Source of the DNA: Rebecca billardiae RCC1528
Taxonomy: Eukaryota; Protista; Haptophyta
Reading direction: 5' to 3'
NCBI GenBank assembly: GCA_965240325.2
Contig: OZ251250.1
Span: 1-64,000 of the forward strand
DNA length: 64,000 bases
Part shown: positions 26,501 to 38,395 of the stretch, in pieces
How the letters are laid out: the number at the start of each line of letters is the position of its first letter
How positions within the stretch are numbered: position 1 is the first letter of the stretch
The notes under the pieces: model-generated
Told to the model about the DNA's origin: nothing
Database searches by the model: none
The model's input: the letters and a program-made list of their open reading frames with translations, nothing else
Program-made: the position numbers and the translations under genes

Positions 26501-29465
26501 GATCGCGCCTCTCAGCCATGCGCCCAGCGCCGCCGCGACAAGCTGCGCAGCGCCGCGGCTGTCGGCGCGCGCGAGGGCGGCCGCGACTAGGCACGCGACG
26601 GCAGGCGGTGCGCTGTGCGGCGCGGCGGCGGGCGGCGCGTTCGGCACTGCCGGCGCCACAGAGGCCGCGCGCTCGCAGCTGAGATTACGGTGCGCGTCTA
26701 CCCATCACCCGCGTCGCCGACCGCTGGCGGCAGCGGTGGCCGCCGAGGGCCGCGCGCACTGGCGGCGTAGGTGTGCCGCGCGCCGCCGAGCGTGCACGCG
26801 GGCGCGCGTGTGTGCGTCACGTCGTCGGGAAAGGGCAACGCCACGGCGCCCCGCATCTGCCGCGGCCGGCATGGCGACACGAGATACGGCCGCTTCCCCC
26901 GAAGGTCAGCGGCGCTAACACCGAAGTCAGCAACGTGAGCAGCGCCAACCTCGACGCTGACAAGAGCTGGACTGCTTCGGCTTAGCTGTCAGACGCCACG
27001 TGGGTGGTCAGGCGCGTCCCCTGCCGACACGTGCATACCGTATGTGCCAGTGGGAGTGATGCACGCGATGCCACGGCGTTTAGCGTCGATCGTGCGTTGC
27101 CAAACGCGCCTTGAGGTCGCTCCCCACGCGCGGACTCAGGGTGTTTGAACGTCTCGCTGGGCGTCAGCGACCAAGTTCGAGGGCCGGAGGAGGGGAGTCA
27201 ACGAGGGCCAAGGGCGTTGTCGCCACAAGGCCTCCGCCAACTCGTGCAACCATTGGCTGAGCCAAAAGATGGCAGTCTGAAGTCCTATGTGAGCCAAAAG
27301 ATAGCCCAATAAGTAAAAGTCCTGCCCAGGCCCTTCCGGACAGCCAAAAGAGTCCACCAGCATGCCCTAGTAGCCCAGATTCGGCAAATTGTCCATGCTG
27401 GTGGAGTTATTGTAAACTCGCGCGCCAGAAAAACGGAGAGGGGAGGAAAAAGGAGGGGGAGGAGGGAAGGAGGGAGAAGAGAGGGGGAAGAAGAGAGGGA
27501 GGAAAAGGAGGATCATCGTAGTCGGTGATAGTGGTCAGTCTGATACAGCTGGGCGCTCGGCCAGGGACATGTCTCGGCTACAGACGTGACATACGTCGAC
27601 TGTAGGTAGTGGCTGAATCGGTCACGCCTGCTCGTCGTCGCGCGCTCGGCGCTTCGAAATCACTGTCGTCGTGCCGTGATTGTGACGACAGGCGACGACA
27701 GTGACCCTCCGCCGCAGGCAAAGCGCACGCCGTCAGACCTGGGCTCAGTGAGGCGGTAGCGGTGCGCACACGCCCTGCCGTCACAAACACAGGCCGAAGC
27801 ATTCAATGGGTGTCTGGCTGTTTCACTCATCGACCACTGCTGCCGAGCAAGAGGAGCGCTCGAGTGAGGCGCATCTCAGGCACGGTATCACGCCACGCAG
27901 TCAGCGGCCAGCGCGCAAGTGGGCGGCACTCCGCCCATCAGCAGCCTCCGCACACGTGCGAGCTGTGGTGGAGCTGTGCAGGTGGTCACGCGACAGACGA
28001 GAGGAGGCGGCGGAATGTGGGCGAACAGTCGCCTCAGCCGATGCGCACGAAAGCGTGTGTCGGTCAGCGGATGGCTACCTCGTACACACACGGCACAGTG
28101 CACGGCTGCCAACAGCACGTGGCACTGGGTGGGTCGCTCTCACAAAGGACTCAGCGCCGCGAGAGCGAGGAGCGCTGGCCTGACGACGGGGGGCGCGAGT
28201 GCAGGTGCGGTGGACCGGTGCCGCGGCCTGTATGCGACTCTCGATGCAAATGCGCGCGCGCGTGCGCGTAAGGGTGTCGTCCAGCCTCTGCGGCACTCAG
28301 ACTCTGGAAGGCTGCTGCGGTGCACACATGTGCCTTCCTCAGCCGCCTCACGCGCCAAGTGGCACGCATCACGGCGGCGAGAGCGTCCGCGACGTTGGCG
28401 ATCGCAGGGCCGACCCCGAGCAGCTTCAGTGCCTCGTCCTCGGTACCGCCCGGAGCCCAAAGCTGCTGAAGCTCTGGGCCGACCACGATCTCACACTCAC
28501 CTACCGTGCAGCAGGGGCCTGCTTCGCGAGCGCGGTCGTACGTGCATGGTCCCTTGCTCCACGGTGTGCTTCTCTCGCAAATCCGCTGCTGATCGCGCCT
28601 CTCAGCCATGCGCCCAGCGCCGCCGCGACAAGCTGCGCAGCGCCGCGGCTGTCGGCGCGCGCGAGGGCGGCCGCGACTAGGCACGCGACGGCAGGCGGTG
28701 CGCTGTGCGGCGCGGCGGCGGGCGGCGCGTTCGGCACTGCCGGCGCCACAGAGGCCGCGCGCTCGCAGCTGAGATTACGGTGCGCGTCTACCCATCACCC
28801 GCGTCGCCGACCGCTGGCGGCAGCGGTGGCCGCCGAGGGCCGCGCGCACTGGCGGCGTAGGTGTGCCGCGCGCCGCCGAGCGTGCACGCGGGCGCGCGTG
28901 TGTGCGTCACGTCGTCGGGAAAGGGCAACGCCACGGCGCCCCGCATCTGCCGCGGCCGGCATGGCGACACGAGATACGGCCGCTTCCCCCGAAGGTCAGC
29001 GGCGCTAACACCGAAGTCAGCAACGTGAGCAGCGCCAACCTCGACGCTGACAAGAGCTGGACTGCTTCGGCTTAGCTGTCAGACGCCACGTGGGTGGTCA
29101 GGCGCGTCCCCTGCCGACACGTGCATACCGTATGTGCCAGTGGGAGTGATGCACGCGATGCCACGGCGTTTAGCGTCGATCGTGCGTTGCCAAACGCGCC
29201 TTGAGGTCGCTCCCCACGCGCGGACTCAGGGTGTTTGAACGTCTCGCTGGGCGTCAGCGACCAAGTTCGAGGGCCGGAGGAGGGGAGTCAACGAGGGCCA
29301 AGGGCGTTGTCGCCACAAGGCCTCCGCCAACTCGTGCAACCATTGGCTGAGCCAAAAGATGGCAGTCTGAAGTCCTATGTGAGCCAAAAGATAGCCCAAT
29401 AAGTAAAAGTCCTGCCCAGGCCCTTCCGGACAGCCAAAAGAGTCCACCAGCATGCCCTAGTAGCC
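8567..29465 (+). repeat. Tandem array of 10 copies of a ~2083-bp TIR element (period 2090 bp). Copies start at 8567, 10663, 12753, 14843, 16933, 19023, 21113, 23203, 25293 and 27383.
   Basis: Sequence and ORF track repeat with an exact 2090-bp period. Copies 2-10 appear identical and copy 1 is slightly diverged. The array is flanked by CAGATTCC (8559-8566, 29466-29473), with CAGATTC at each internal junction. Confidence 0.97.
10663..12745 (+). mobile_element. Representative array unit: non-autonomous DNA transposon, Merlin/IS1595-like
   Basis: Imperfect 23-bp TIRs: GGCAAATTGTCCATGCTGGTGGA vs GGCTACTAGGGCATGCTGGTGGA (reverse complement of right end). GG termini, 8-bp flanking duplication and subterminal GCCAAAAG repeats. 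Degenerate motifs resembling an IS1595-type transposase: VRWTGAAAC at 11485-11511 and GTQTLEG at 11572-11592. Confidence 0.65.
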
Positions 29466-29585
29466 CAGATTCCTGCCGGGTCCGGGCCGCCCGCCTGTGA
29501 CTGACGCCGGGACAGTGGAGGCCACAGCGCGCGGCGACAGCGCTTGCTCACCGACCGCACCGACTGCGCGGCGCCGGCGGGAGCG

Positions 29586-31055
29586 ATGGCCAGCACGGCA
29601 CAGGCGCACGCGCGTCGCCTCGCGCTCGACGACGTGCCGCGCGAGGTGCTCGACCGCATCCTCGTGCTCCTGCCGCCGCGCGACCTCGCCAGCCTGAACG
29701 CCACCGCGCGCCTCTTCCACGCCGCGCCGCTCGGCGGGTGCTCGGCGGTCGAGCGCGCGCTGCGCGAGCGCGCGTGCGCGCGCGGGCACGAGCGCGCGCT
29801 GCCGGCGACGCTGCCCTCGGGCGTGCGCACGTGGACGGCGGAACTGCTTGCTCGCGAGCGTGTGCTCGAGCTCGCATGCTCACACTCGCCTCCGGTGGCG
29901 GCCGGCGTTGGCTTCAGCGCGTGTGTGGATGCGGAGGGCGGGCTGCACACGTGTGGCGAGGAGGCGGTACGGGACGAGATCACCTGGCAGCCGACGGGCG
30001 CGTGTATAGCGCACGCGGCAATCAGCCACTCGGGCATGCCGGAAGTGCGCGTGCCGACGCGCGTCGCCTCCCTTGGCGCGGCGCGCGTGGTCGCCGTCGC
30101 CGCTGGCCGTGCCCACCTGCTCGCGCTAAGCGAGGCCGGCGCCGTGTACGGCTGCGGCCACAACGGGCACGGCCAGCTCGGTCTGGGCCACACGGAGGAG
30201 CAACGCTCATTCACTTTCGTCGGGCTACCCGCGAGTCAACCCGTCGTGTGCATCGTTGCAGGCCACGCGCACAGCCTCGCGCTCACCGCCGCGGGCTGCG
30301 CGTACAGCTGGGGTGCCAACTGGTGCGGCCAGCTCGGCCACGGCGACACGCAGCAGCGGTGGGAGCCGACGCGCATCGAGGCGCTGGACGGCGTGCGCGT
30401 GGGCGGGCTGGCCGTGGGCGTTGCCCACACGCTGCTTCTCGATGTGTGCGGCGCCGTCTACTCGTGCGGCAGTGGCGAGTTTGGCCGTCTCGGCCACGGC
30501 GACGAGCTGCATCAGCACACGCCGAGGCGCATCGAGGCGCTCGCGGGCGTGCGCGCCGTGCACGTGAGCGCGGGCGGTCTGCACAGCCTGGTGGTGGACA
30601 GCGAGGGAGCGGTGTACTCGTTTGGGTGTGGTGAAGATGGCGCGCTCGGGCACGGACACACGCGCTCGCAACTCACGCCGAAGCAGCTTGACGCCCTCGC
30701 GGGTGTGCGCATCGTGCGCGCGTGTGCGGGCGGCCACAGCAGCGCGGTGCTGGGCGCGGACGGCAGCGTGCACACGTTTGGGCACAACTGTTACGGCCAG
30801 CTCGGGCTGGGATCTGGAGAGGTGCGCCACGGCGCCCCGTCGCGCGTGGGTGTCCTCGCACACACGTGCGTGGTGCAGTGTGCCATGCGCTACTTACACT
30901 CGCTGTTTGTGAGTGCGGACGGCAGCGTGCACGCGTGCGGCAAGCGCTCAGCCGCGCTCGGCCTCGGCATGAGCGAGGCCGAGCAAGACGAGCCCACCCA
31001 GCGGATTGGCACGCCCGCGTGCATCGGCACGGCGTGGTGTGCCCGTGTCTGCTGA
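29586..31055 (+). CDS. F-box + RCC1-repeat protein, paralog 2 (489 aa)
   Basis: Same MASTAQ start and F-box, seven RCC1-type repeats, ends TAWCARVC. Confidence 0.88.
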   Translation: MASTAQAHARRLALDDVPREVLDRILVLLPPRDLASLNATARLFHAAPLGGCSAVERALRERACARGHERALPATLPSGVRTWTAELLARERVLELACSHSPPVAAGVGFSACVDAEGGLHTCGEEAVRDEITWQPTGACIAHAAISHSGMPEVRVPTRVASLGAARVVAVAAGRAHLLALSEAGAVYGCGHNGHGQLGLGHTEEQRSFTFVGLPASQPVVCIVAGHAHSLALTAAGCAYSWGANWCGQLGHGDTQQRWEPTRIEALDGVRVGGLAVGVAHTLLLDVCGAVYSCGSGEFGRLGHGDELHQHTPRRIEALAGVRAVHVSAGGLHSLVVDSEGAVYSFGCGEDGALGHGHTRSQLTPKQLDALAGVRIVRACAGGHSSAVLGADGSVHTFGHNCYGQLGLGSGEVRHGAPSRVGVLAHTCVVQCAMRYLHSLFVSADGSVHACGKRSAALGLGMSEAEQDEPTQRIGTPACIGTAWCARVC

Positions 31056-31456
31056 TGCGCGCCTCTGCCGACGCTCCGCTGCTCCGTTGCAGTCGTGGGC
31101 GGCGGCCTGGCAGCGGACGCAGCAACCGGGTGCGGGCCGCCACCGGCCCACGGTGCCGCCGCCCAGGCTGGCTGGCGCCTGGCGGTCGGACGGCCAGCAG
31201 CGTGTCGCCACGAATCTGACGAGTTTGAAGTGCGTGCCCACTCGGCTGATCATAGACAGAGTCAGGCACTACGTCCATCCGCCGGCGACGGACTAGATTC
31301 CTCAATCCTGGCCAGGGCGGGTCCGCGTCGGACGCTCTGTGACACCTCACACCAGACACTGACAGTCCGGGCAGCTCAGGCAACGGACAGTGGATGCCAC
31401 AGCGCGCGGCGACAGCGCTTGCTCACCGACCGCACCGACTGCGCGGCGCCGGCGGG

Positions 31457-32929
31457 ATGGCCAGCACGGCACAGGCGCACGCGCGTCGCCTCGCGCTCGA
31501 CGACGTGCCGCGCGAGGTGCTCGACCGCATCCTCGTGTTCCTACCGCCGCGCGACCTCGCCAGCCTGAACGCCACCGCGCGCCTCTTCCACGCCGCGCCG
31601 CCCGGCGGGTGCTCGGCGGTCGAGCGCGCGCTGCGCGAGCGCGCGCGCGCGCGCGGGCACGAGCGCGCGCTGCCGGCGACGCTGCCCTCGGGCGTGCGCA
31701 CGTGGACGGAGGAGCTGTTCGTGCGCGAGCGTGTGTTCGAGCTCGCATGCACACACTCGCCTCCGGTGGCGGCCGGCGCTCGCTTCAGCGCGTGTGTGGA
31801 CGCGGAGGGCGGGCTGCACACGTGCGGCGAGGAGACGGTGTGGGACGAGCACTGGGAGCCGACGGGCGAGTATCGAGTACCTGTGGCAACCGGTCATCCG
31901 GGCGTGCGGGCAGTGCGCGTGCCGACGCACGTTGCCTCCCTCGGCGCGGTGCGCGTGGTCGCGGTGGCGGCTGGAGACGACCACCTGCTCGCGCTGAGCG
32001 ACACCGGCGCCGTGTACGGCTGCGGCAACGGCGGCGGCCAGCTGGGTCTGGGCGACCCTGAGGACACGGAGGAGCAACGATCGTTCGCTCTCGTCGGGCT
32101 TCCCGTGAGTGTGCCCGTTGTGTGCATCGCGGCAGCCAACGCGCACAGCCTCGCGCTCACCGCTGCGGGCTGCGCGTACAGCTGGGGCCACAACAGCTGG
32201 GGCCAGCTCGGCCACGGCGACAGGGAGGACCGGTGGGAGCCGACGCGCATCGAGGCGCTGGACGGCGTGCGCGTGGGCGGGGTGGCCGTGGGCCATGCGC
32301 ACACGCTGCTGGTTTCGACCAGCGGCGCCGTCTACTCGTGCGGCTTGGGCCGCGTCGGCCGGCTTGGCCATGGCGACCAGCAGGCTCAGCACACGCCAAG
32401 GCGCATCGAGGCGCTCACAGGCGTGCGCGCCGTGCACGTGAGCGCGGGCGTTCACCACGGCCTGGTGGTGGACAGCGAGGGGGCGTTGTACTCGTTTGGG
32501 TATGGCTTGGATGGCGCGCTCGGGCACGGAGACACGCGCGATCAGCTCTCGCCGAGGCGGCTTGACGCCCTCGCGGGTGTGCGCATCGTGCGCGCGTGTG
32601 CGGGCAGCTGCGGCAGCGCGGTGCTGGGCGCGGACGGCAGCGTGCACACGTTTGGGTACAACGGGTACGGCCAGCTCGGACTGGGGCACGGAGGCGTGGC
32701 CCTCGAGGCTCCCACGCGCGCGATCGCCCTCGCCCACGCACGCGTGGTGCAGTGTGCCATGGGCTTCTATCACTCGCTGTTTGTGAGTGCGGACGGCAGC
32801 GTGCACGCGTGCGGCAAGCGCTCGGCCGCGCTCGGCCTCGGCATGAGCGAGGCCGAGCAAGACGAGCCCACCCAGCTGGTTGACACGCCCGCGTGCATCG
32901 GCACGGCGTGGTGTGCCCGTGTCTGCTGA
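31457..32929 (+). CDS. F-box + RCC1-repeat protein, paralog 3 (490 aa)
   Basis: Intact ORF with F-box and seven RCC1-type repeats. Confidence 0.88.
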   Translation: MASTAQAHARRLALDDVPREVLDRILVFLPPRDLASLNATARLFHAAPPGGCSAVERALRERARARGHERALPATLPSGVRTWTEELFVRERVFELACTHSPPVAAGARFSACVDAEGGLHTCGEETVWDEHWEPTGEYRVPVATGHPGVRAVRVPTHVASLGAVRVVAVAAGDDHLLALSDTGAVYGCGNGGGQLGLGDPEDTEEQRSFALVGLPVSVPVVCIAAANAHSLALTAAGCAYSWGHNSWGQLGHGDREDRWEPTRIEALDGVRVGGVAVGHAHTLLVSTSGAVYSCGLGRVGRLGHGDQQAQHTPRRIEALTGVRAVHVSAGVHHGLVVDSEGALYSFGYGLDGALGHGDTRDQLSPRRLDALAGVRIVRACAGSCGSAVLGADGSVHTFGYNGYGQLGLGHGGVALEAPTRAIALAHARVVQCAMGFYHSLFVSADGSVHACGKRSAALGLGMSEAEQDEPTQLVDTPACIGTAWCARVC

Positions 32930-33150
32930 TGCGCGCCTCTGCTGACGCTCCGCTGCTCCGTTGCAGTCGTGGGCGGCGGTGGCAGCGGACGCAGCAGCCG
33001 GGTGCTGGCCGCCACCGGCCCACGGTGCCGCCGCCCAGGCTGGCTGGCGCCTGGCGGTCGGCCAGCAGCGCATCGCCTGGTTACTCGAGTGTGCTCTGCT
33101 CGTCATCCGCCGCGTCTGCGTCCCAGGCGCAGGCCGGCGTGTCGGTGTCT

Positions 33151-33522
33151 GCGGAGCGGGTGCTCGGCGCGGCGGGGCGCGACGGCGGGGCGCAGGGGCC
33201 GAGGCCCGCGCCGCCCGACGCGCTGCGCACGCGCCTCCTCGCCGCGCTGCTGCTGCGCAACGGCACGGCGGCACGCGGCGGCGGCGGCGCCGCCGCCGCG
33301 GCCGAGCCGCCCGCCGAGACGCCGGTGATGGCGGCCGAGCGGCGCGCGCGGCCGGCGTCCGCGCGGCGGCGGCGGCTTGCGCGCGGCGGGGATGGCGGCG
33401 GGGGTGGCGAAGCCACTGCCGCTGGCGGCAGCGTCGATGCGGAGACGGCGGAGCGGGTCGCCGCCGCCGCGTGGACGGTCGAGCAGTGGTGCCGCAAGCG
33501 CGTGCGCTCGCACGTGCGGCAG
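33151..33522 (+). pseudogene. Duplicated 3' fragment of the GT32 gene
   Basis: Near-identical to 6311-6685 (AERVLGAAGR...RSHVRQ). The continuation (gtgtggtgatg... plus the intergenic spacer) resumes at 40972, after the inserted element. Confidence 0.9.
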
Positions 33523-36041
33523 TAGGTGGGTCCCTCCCAACTGGGGCGATATTCTGGCGCACTCAGAATGACGTCCTAGATTTTGTCTCTCACCCAGAAT
33601 CGACGCTATAAATGCGTCCCATCGGGGCGGAGCAAAAGTTTCGACCTCAAAACCTATACTCCGCGTGCCGCCGCGCGGCCGAGCGCGCGCGCGCCGCGCC
33701 AGTAGTGTCACATAGAGATTTTGCGAAGCGTTACTTCATGGTTATGGCCGGTGGCTAGATGGCGACATGCGATCGGAATGACTTATTGGCAACCGTTGAC
33801 ACCCGACCGAACCATTTTATGAAGCAAAGAGTGGGGCTCTATGCTGTGCGCTGATACCTCCAACAAACTACAGCAAGATCGAGCATATTACCCACTTTAT
33901 ATGATTAAACTTTCTTCAGGAATGCGCACCAGAAAAAGCCTTAAGAATCCGCGCGGCCCAAGATGGGGTCGGCGGCCACGACGGCGGTTATGCGCCCTCG
34001 CGCGCCTTCGAGCGGCTCGTGCGCGCCATGAAGTGCGCCAAACCATGCTCGCGACATGCTCATTCGTCGACGCTGTTCGTTGGACGATCGCATGCCAGCC
34101 CACGCCGACGTCTGAGTGCGCCTCGCCGCGCACGGTACAGCTTCATGGTACACGGCACAATTCGGCCGCGAGCAGCCTCGTGCGCGCGACCGAGCCAGAG
34201 GTGGTCGCCGAGAGTAGCACGAGTGGCGGCACACGCGCGGGCCTGATCGTTGCCGAATATCTGACGCACCAATCGACCTCGCCCAGCGCCATCTGCTCGT
34301 TTGCGCACGTGTCGGAAAGAATGAGCAGCTGCCTGCAAACGCCGAGCGCGCAGATGAGGCGTGGGCGAGCGAAGGGGCGGCGAGGGCCGGCGCGTGCGCG
34401 CGCGTAAATTCGAGCCTCCCCATACGCATCGAAACACACCGCGCTCGCTCGTCGAGCTGCGCACGGGTATCGGTGTGCGCGCGCCAACGCGGCGCGCCGT
34501 GCACGCGCCCGGCGAATGCACACCTGCTTGCGCGCGCACGCGCGCGTGATGGACCGAGGAGGTCGCGCGAGCATGCGTGATGTGTCTGGATGGAGCACGT
34601 AGGAGGTGTAGGCTGCGCTCCGCGTGCGCTCCGCCACCGTGCACCGCGCTGTCCCTCGCCCGCGCGGTCGCTGCCGAGCCCGGATTCAAACGTGTGCGAG
34701 CCCGCAAGCGCACCTCCGAGCAGCAGTCGCAGCTATCGTGTCGAAGGCTTGGCGAGAGGCAGATGTGCATGGCAAGTCGCGCAATGGGGGTGCCCATCAC
34801 GCGCACACACTCGCGCACGCTCGCCGCACCACCGCGTCGCGCCCACGTGCAGCGCGCGGGGCGCGCTTCGCGCCCGGAGCAGCTGCCGAGCGGCTGCTGC
34901 GCGCGGCGCGCGCGGCGAGTAGGGCTCAGCCAATGGTCCGAGGGCGAGCCTGCCGAGCGTCGTGCGTGGCGCGCGCGGACCTAGTACAACGCCGCGTACC
35001 ACTCGCTGCCACCATAGGGCCCGTACCGGCGAGCTGTGGCCGCCGCAGACACCAAAAAGCAGCCCAACGGTCAGCGCGCGACAGCCGACGAGCGCGTGAC
35101 GCGCGCGTCCACCACCGTGATGAGCACGGACGAGCGCGCGCGCCCGTGTCGTAGCTCAGGTGGGGTCCCCCAATCGCACGCACCACCGCGCTGCCACGCC
35201 TTCGACCATCTTGTGTCACCATGTGGCCGCTCGCCGCTCGGCGCCGAGCGGCTGGCGGCGCAGCTGCGCCGGACCGGCAAACAGTCAGCGCGCAGCAAGG
35301 GTGGAGTCCGGCGAGGGTCGGCCGGACTGTCCGGCGCCACCAAGGTGGACCACGTGGTGGTCACCGACGCGCTCGTCACCACGCTCGAGGCCATGGAGGC
35401 CGCCCACGAGCAGAAATGCTCACTGCATCTGCCTGTGCACTGCCTTTGCAGTGCTCCTGTGCGCGCGCGCGCAGCGCCAACGAGCGAAAGCGTTTGCCGT
35501 GGACCTAGTCCGGGGCTCAAGGGTACCACCATCAAAGAATGGAATGCGCGCAAAGGTCACGGCAAACAAATTTTGTGTCGCCCGTGCCGCGCGCGCGCAA
35601 GCACGGCCAATGCCGCTGCGTTTTTCCACGGGCCGGTCCGCCAGACCGCGAAACAATTCACGCATTTTCAGAGCGAGTCGCGGCTCCGCCTTCCCATTGG
35701 TCGGTTGGGGGGGGATCGAAAAATGAGCGGTCGCCAAAGTGAGACATATTATCTCAATACCATCAGGCGAAAGACTGGAATCAGGAAGAAAACGAGCCAA
35801 TGGTCGTCCCGGAAGGCATGATGGCTTGGCCGCAATCTCCTTAGCATCTCAGCAATCTTCGCTCCTTTTTTGTGTCCTTCTCCACCTCCACGAGGCCTGG
35901 ACGAGATCGCTTGCGAGCGGAAGGGCTTCGGGTCGAGACTCGAGTAGAGCGCGTCAAAGCGAAGGGGAGCCGCTGGCTCGCTGGCTCCGTGAGGTTCAAG
36001 GCAGCTAGCCGCCGACGCTGATGGCGAAGACGGCGGCTGGC

Positions 36042-36758
36042 CAAGGGCCGTAAGGGCACCCAACTCCCAGTGCGGCCAGCTCGGAGGTTGAGGTGCCTCT
36101 GTCTGTCTCGTGGCCTCGCGACTCGCGTCCGGCCGGCGTGCTTCAAACGCTGCGCGAGGGCGCGACGTCGAGCGCTCTGCCTGGATGACTGGCGGCGATG
36201 CCGAACCCGGACGGCTCGCCGCTGAGCGGCGCGGGTCAAGGCTCTCCTGACACGCGCGTGAGTCCGCCAGGCTCGCCTCTTTCGCCTCTCGGCCCGTGCA
36301 ATCGGCAGTTGCCAACGCGGCGCGCGAGCTCACTCGTGCCGTGCGCGCCAGCAGCAAACGGAGCGCTCGGGCTGCTTGCACCGGGCACGCAGGGGCAAGC
36401 GTGGGCGCCCGCCCGCACTTTGGCTTGTAGGCCCCTACGGGCAGCCTCCATGTCCGCCTGACTCACTTCCGTTCCCGGCGGTCGGCTGCTCGACTCGTCG
36501 CGCGTCCGGTGGCCTCAGCCGAGCTGCGCTCGGCTCGCCCCCACCTCCGCCTCCACCTCCGCCTCGCCATCAGCACTGTCCGCCTCGCCCGCCGCGCGCC
36601 GCCCGCCGCGCGCCGCCCGCCGCGGCGCCCCGTCATGCCCGCACCCTCGCCTCCCGCGTCTTCGGCGACGGGCCACTCACCGCGGGCACTCACGGAGGCG
36701 AGCACAACAGAGGCGCCCCAACCTCCGCACTGGGAGTTGGGTGCCCTTACGGCCCTTG
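36042..36758. mobile_element. Innermost 717-bp MITE-like element, P-superfamily-like CAAGG termini, 7-bp TSD
   Basis: 34-bp perfect TIR CAAGGGCCGTAAGGGCACCCAACTCCCAGTGCGG (36042-36075 / 36725-36758). TSD GGCTGGC at 36035-36041 and 36759-36765. Confidence 0.88.
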
Positions 36759-38229
36759 GGCTGGCGATGGTCGCAACTCAAGTGGGATTGGGGATTGGAA
36801 GATGGGCTGAAAGACCAGGCATCGTATTCAACTCCAGCCGACCAACACTGCAGCTCTGTGATGCGGGCCCGGCCACTGTACTGTACACGGCAGGCCCCGG
36901 GCTTGCGTCGCGCCGCAGGTTGGGGTCGCCGGCCTTCCTATAGGCGCTCACCACGGCTCTTGCGACGGTGACGGTGACATGGATGAAGACGATGGCGACG
37001 CCTTTCACGACGCTGCCTCTGCGTGGCCAGACTCGCTGCGCAGTCGATCGGCCGGATGCACATCAAAAGGGTGGTGGCGGGCCGGTCCGCGGCGGGCAAG
37101 CTCATCATGTCGTTCGGGCCTGGCGGCCGCGGCATGTGCCGTTTTCACCTCCCGCAGGTCGCATTTGAGCTGATGGAGTTATGCGGCGACGTCCTCAAGA
37201 CCGGGCCAGAGGATCACAGCGTGGAGTGCAACGCTTGTTTTGCCGGGCGGTGAGCCGCGCGTGTTGATTCGCCGCGAATGATCGCTCGGCGACGACGACT
37301 ACCGGTCGTCGACTATACGGCCGCGTACGTACTGCTATAATAACGGCGGTATAACTATCGGACCGTGTAGTAGTACCGGCGGGCCGTGGCGCGCCGCCGA
37401 GTCGTGCCGATTCCAGGACGTTATTCCGCCTATTCGTTCCGACGACTCATCCGACGTCGGGCCCGCGCGCGCACTTGTTAGCCCGTTATCAGATTACTCG
37501 TCGTTGTTCACCTACTTCCTGAATTCCTCATCCCGATCCGAGTCCGACTCAGAAGTCAGTGTCAGATCCGGGCGCTGCGCCATCAGTGCGGGCGGCGTCA
37601 CCACTTCTGTCGCCGCCGGCGGAACGTCTCCGCCGCCGGTCGGACCGGCGCTAGAAGTCGTAGATGAATTGCTGGCGCTATTGCTAGTGATCCGAGTATC
37701 CGTCAGACGTGATAATGCGGCACCGTGTCCCGTGATGGGACATGAGTCTGGTCCGGCGGCGGCACTCGCCAATCGCGATAGTTCGACACGCGGTGACTGC
37801 ATGCTCTGATGATGATCGTCATCTGTATATTGAGTGACTGGCGGGCAGCAGAGTGACGACGACGCCCACCGCGCTGTCGTCCGTCTAGTGCCAAGCTCCC
37901 AAGAGTCGTCGGGCCTTTGACGCGGGGCGCCGTGCGCACCGGCGCTGCAATAACTCGCCAACTCGGCATCGTCACGAGTCTGCACGGGCCTCGGCCGATT
38001 TGGTGAACCCAGCGGCGTGCACTGCCGCGAGCGTGCTGCCCGGGCTGACCTTGGATTCGATGCCAGAGTGATAAGACATGACAATTCCATAGTCTGTGCT
38101 TGCCCTCCCCACTACCCGCGTACGCCGCGAGTGCCTCCGTACGAGTTCATGGCCGCGTAGAACGGCGCACCGTGCGGCGGGCGACGAGGCCGCACTCGTG
38201 AGCTGCATGCTGCATCCAGGCAACGCCTT

Positions 38230-38395
38230 GGACGCGTACCTGTGCTTCCTGAGAAGGCGGGCCTCACGCCTGGCTGCGCTGGTGTCGGTGGACGCCCTGA
38301 GCTTCACCGCAGCCAGCCCACCCTGGGCGTCGACAACCTTGTTTACAAACCGTGCCGTGCAGGAGCCCGCTCCCACAAGCTGCTCTCACAGTGAG
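38230..38395 (-). pseudogene. Frameshifted protein kinase N-lobe fragment carried inside the MULE-like element
   Basis: Minus strand reads EQLVGAGS / GTVCK / KVVDAQGGLAAVKL...AARREARLLRK across frameshifts, matching the Gly-loop, AxK and alphaC Glu pattern. Confidence 0.45.

Noticed and set aside
8567-29465. Helitron/Helentron rolling-circle array (CTAG near the unit end, subterminal inverted repeat)
   Set aside because: No TC start or 3' hairpin at the proper position. The inverted repeats extend symmetrically to GGC/GCC termini, and a flanking duplication is present.
8567-29465. Many 60-270 aa ORFs repeated in each unit as real genes
   Set aside because: They overlap in all frames, have GC-driven Arg/Ala/Pro composition, and are disrupted differently in copy 1.
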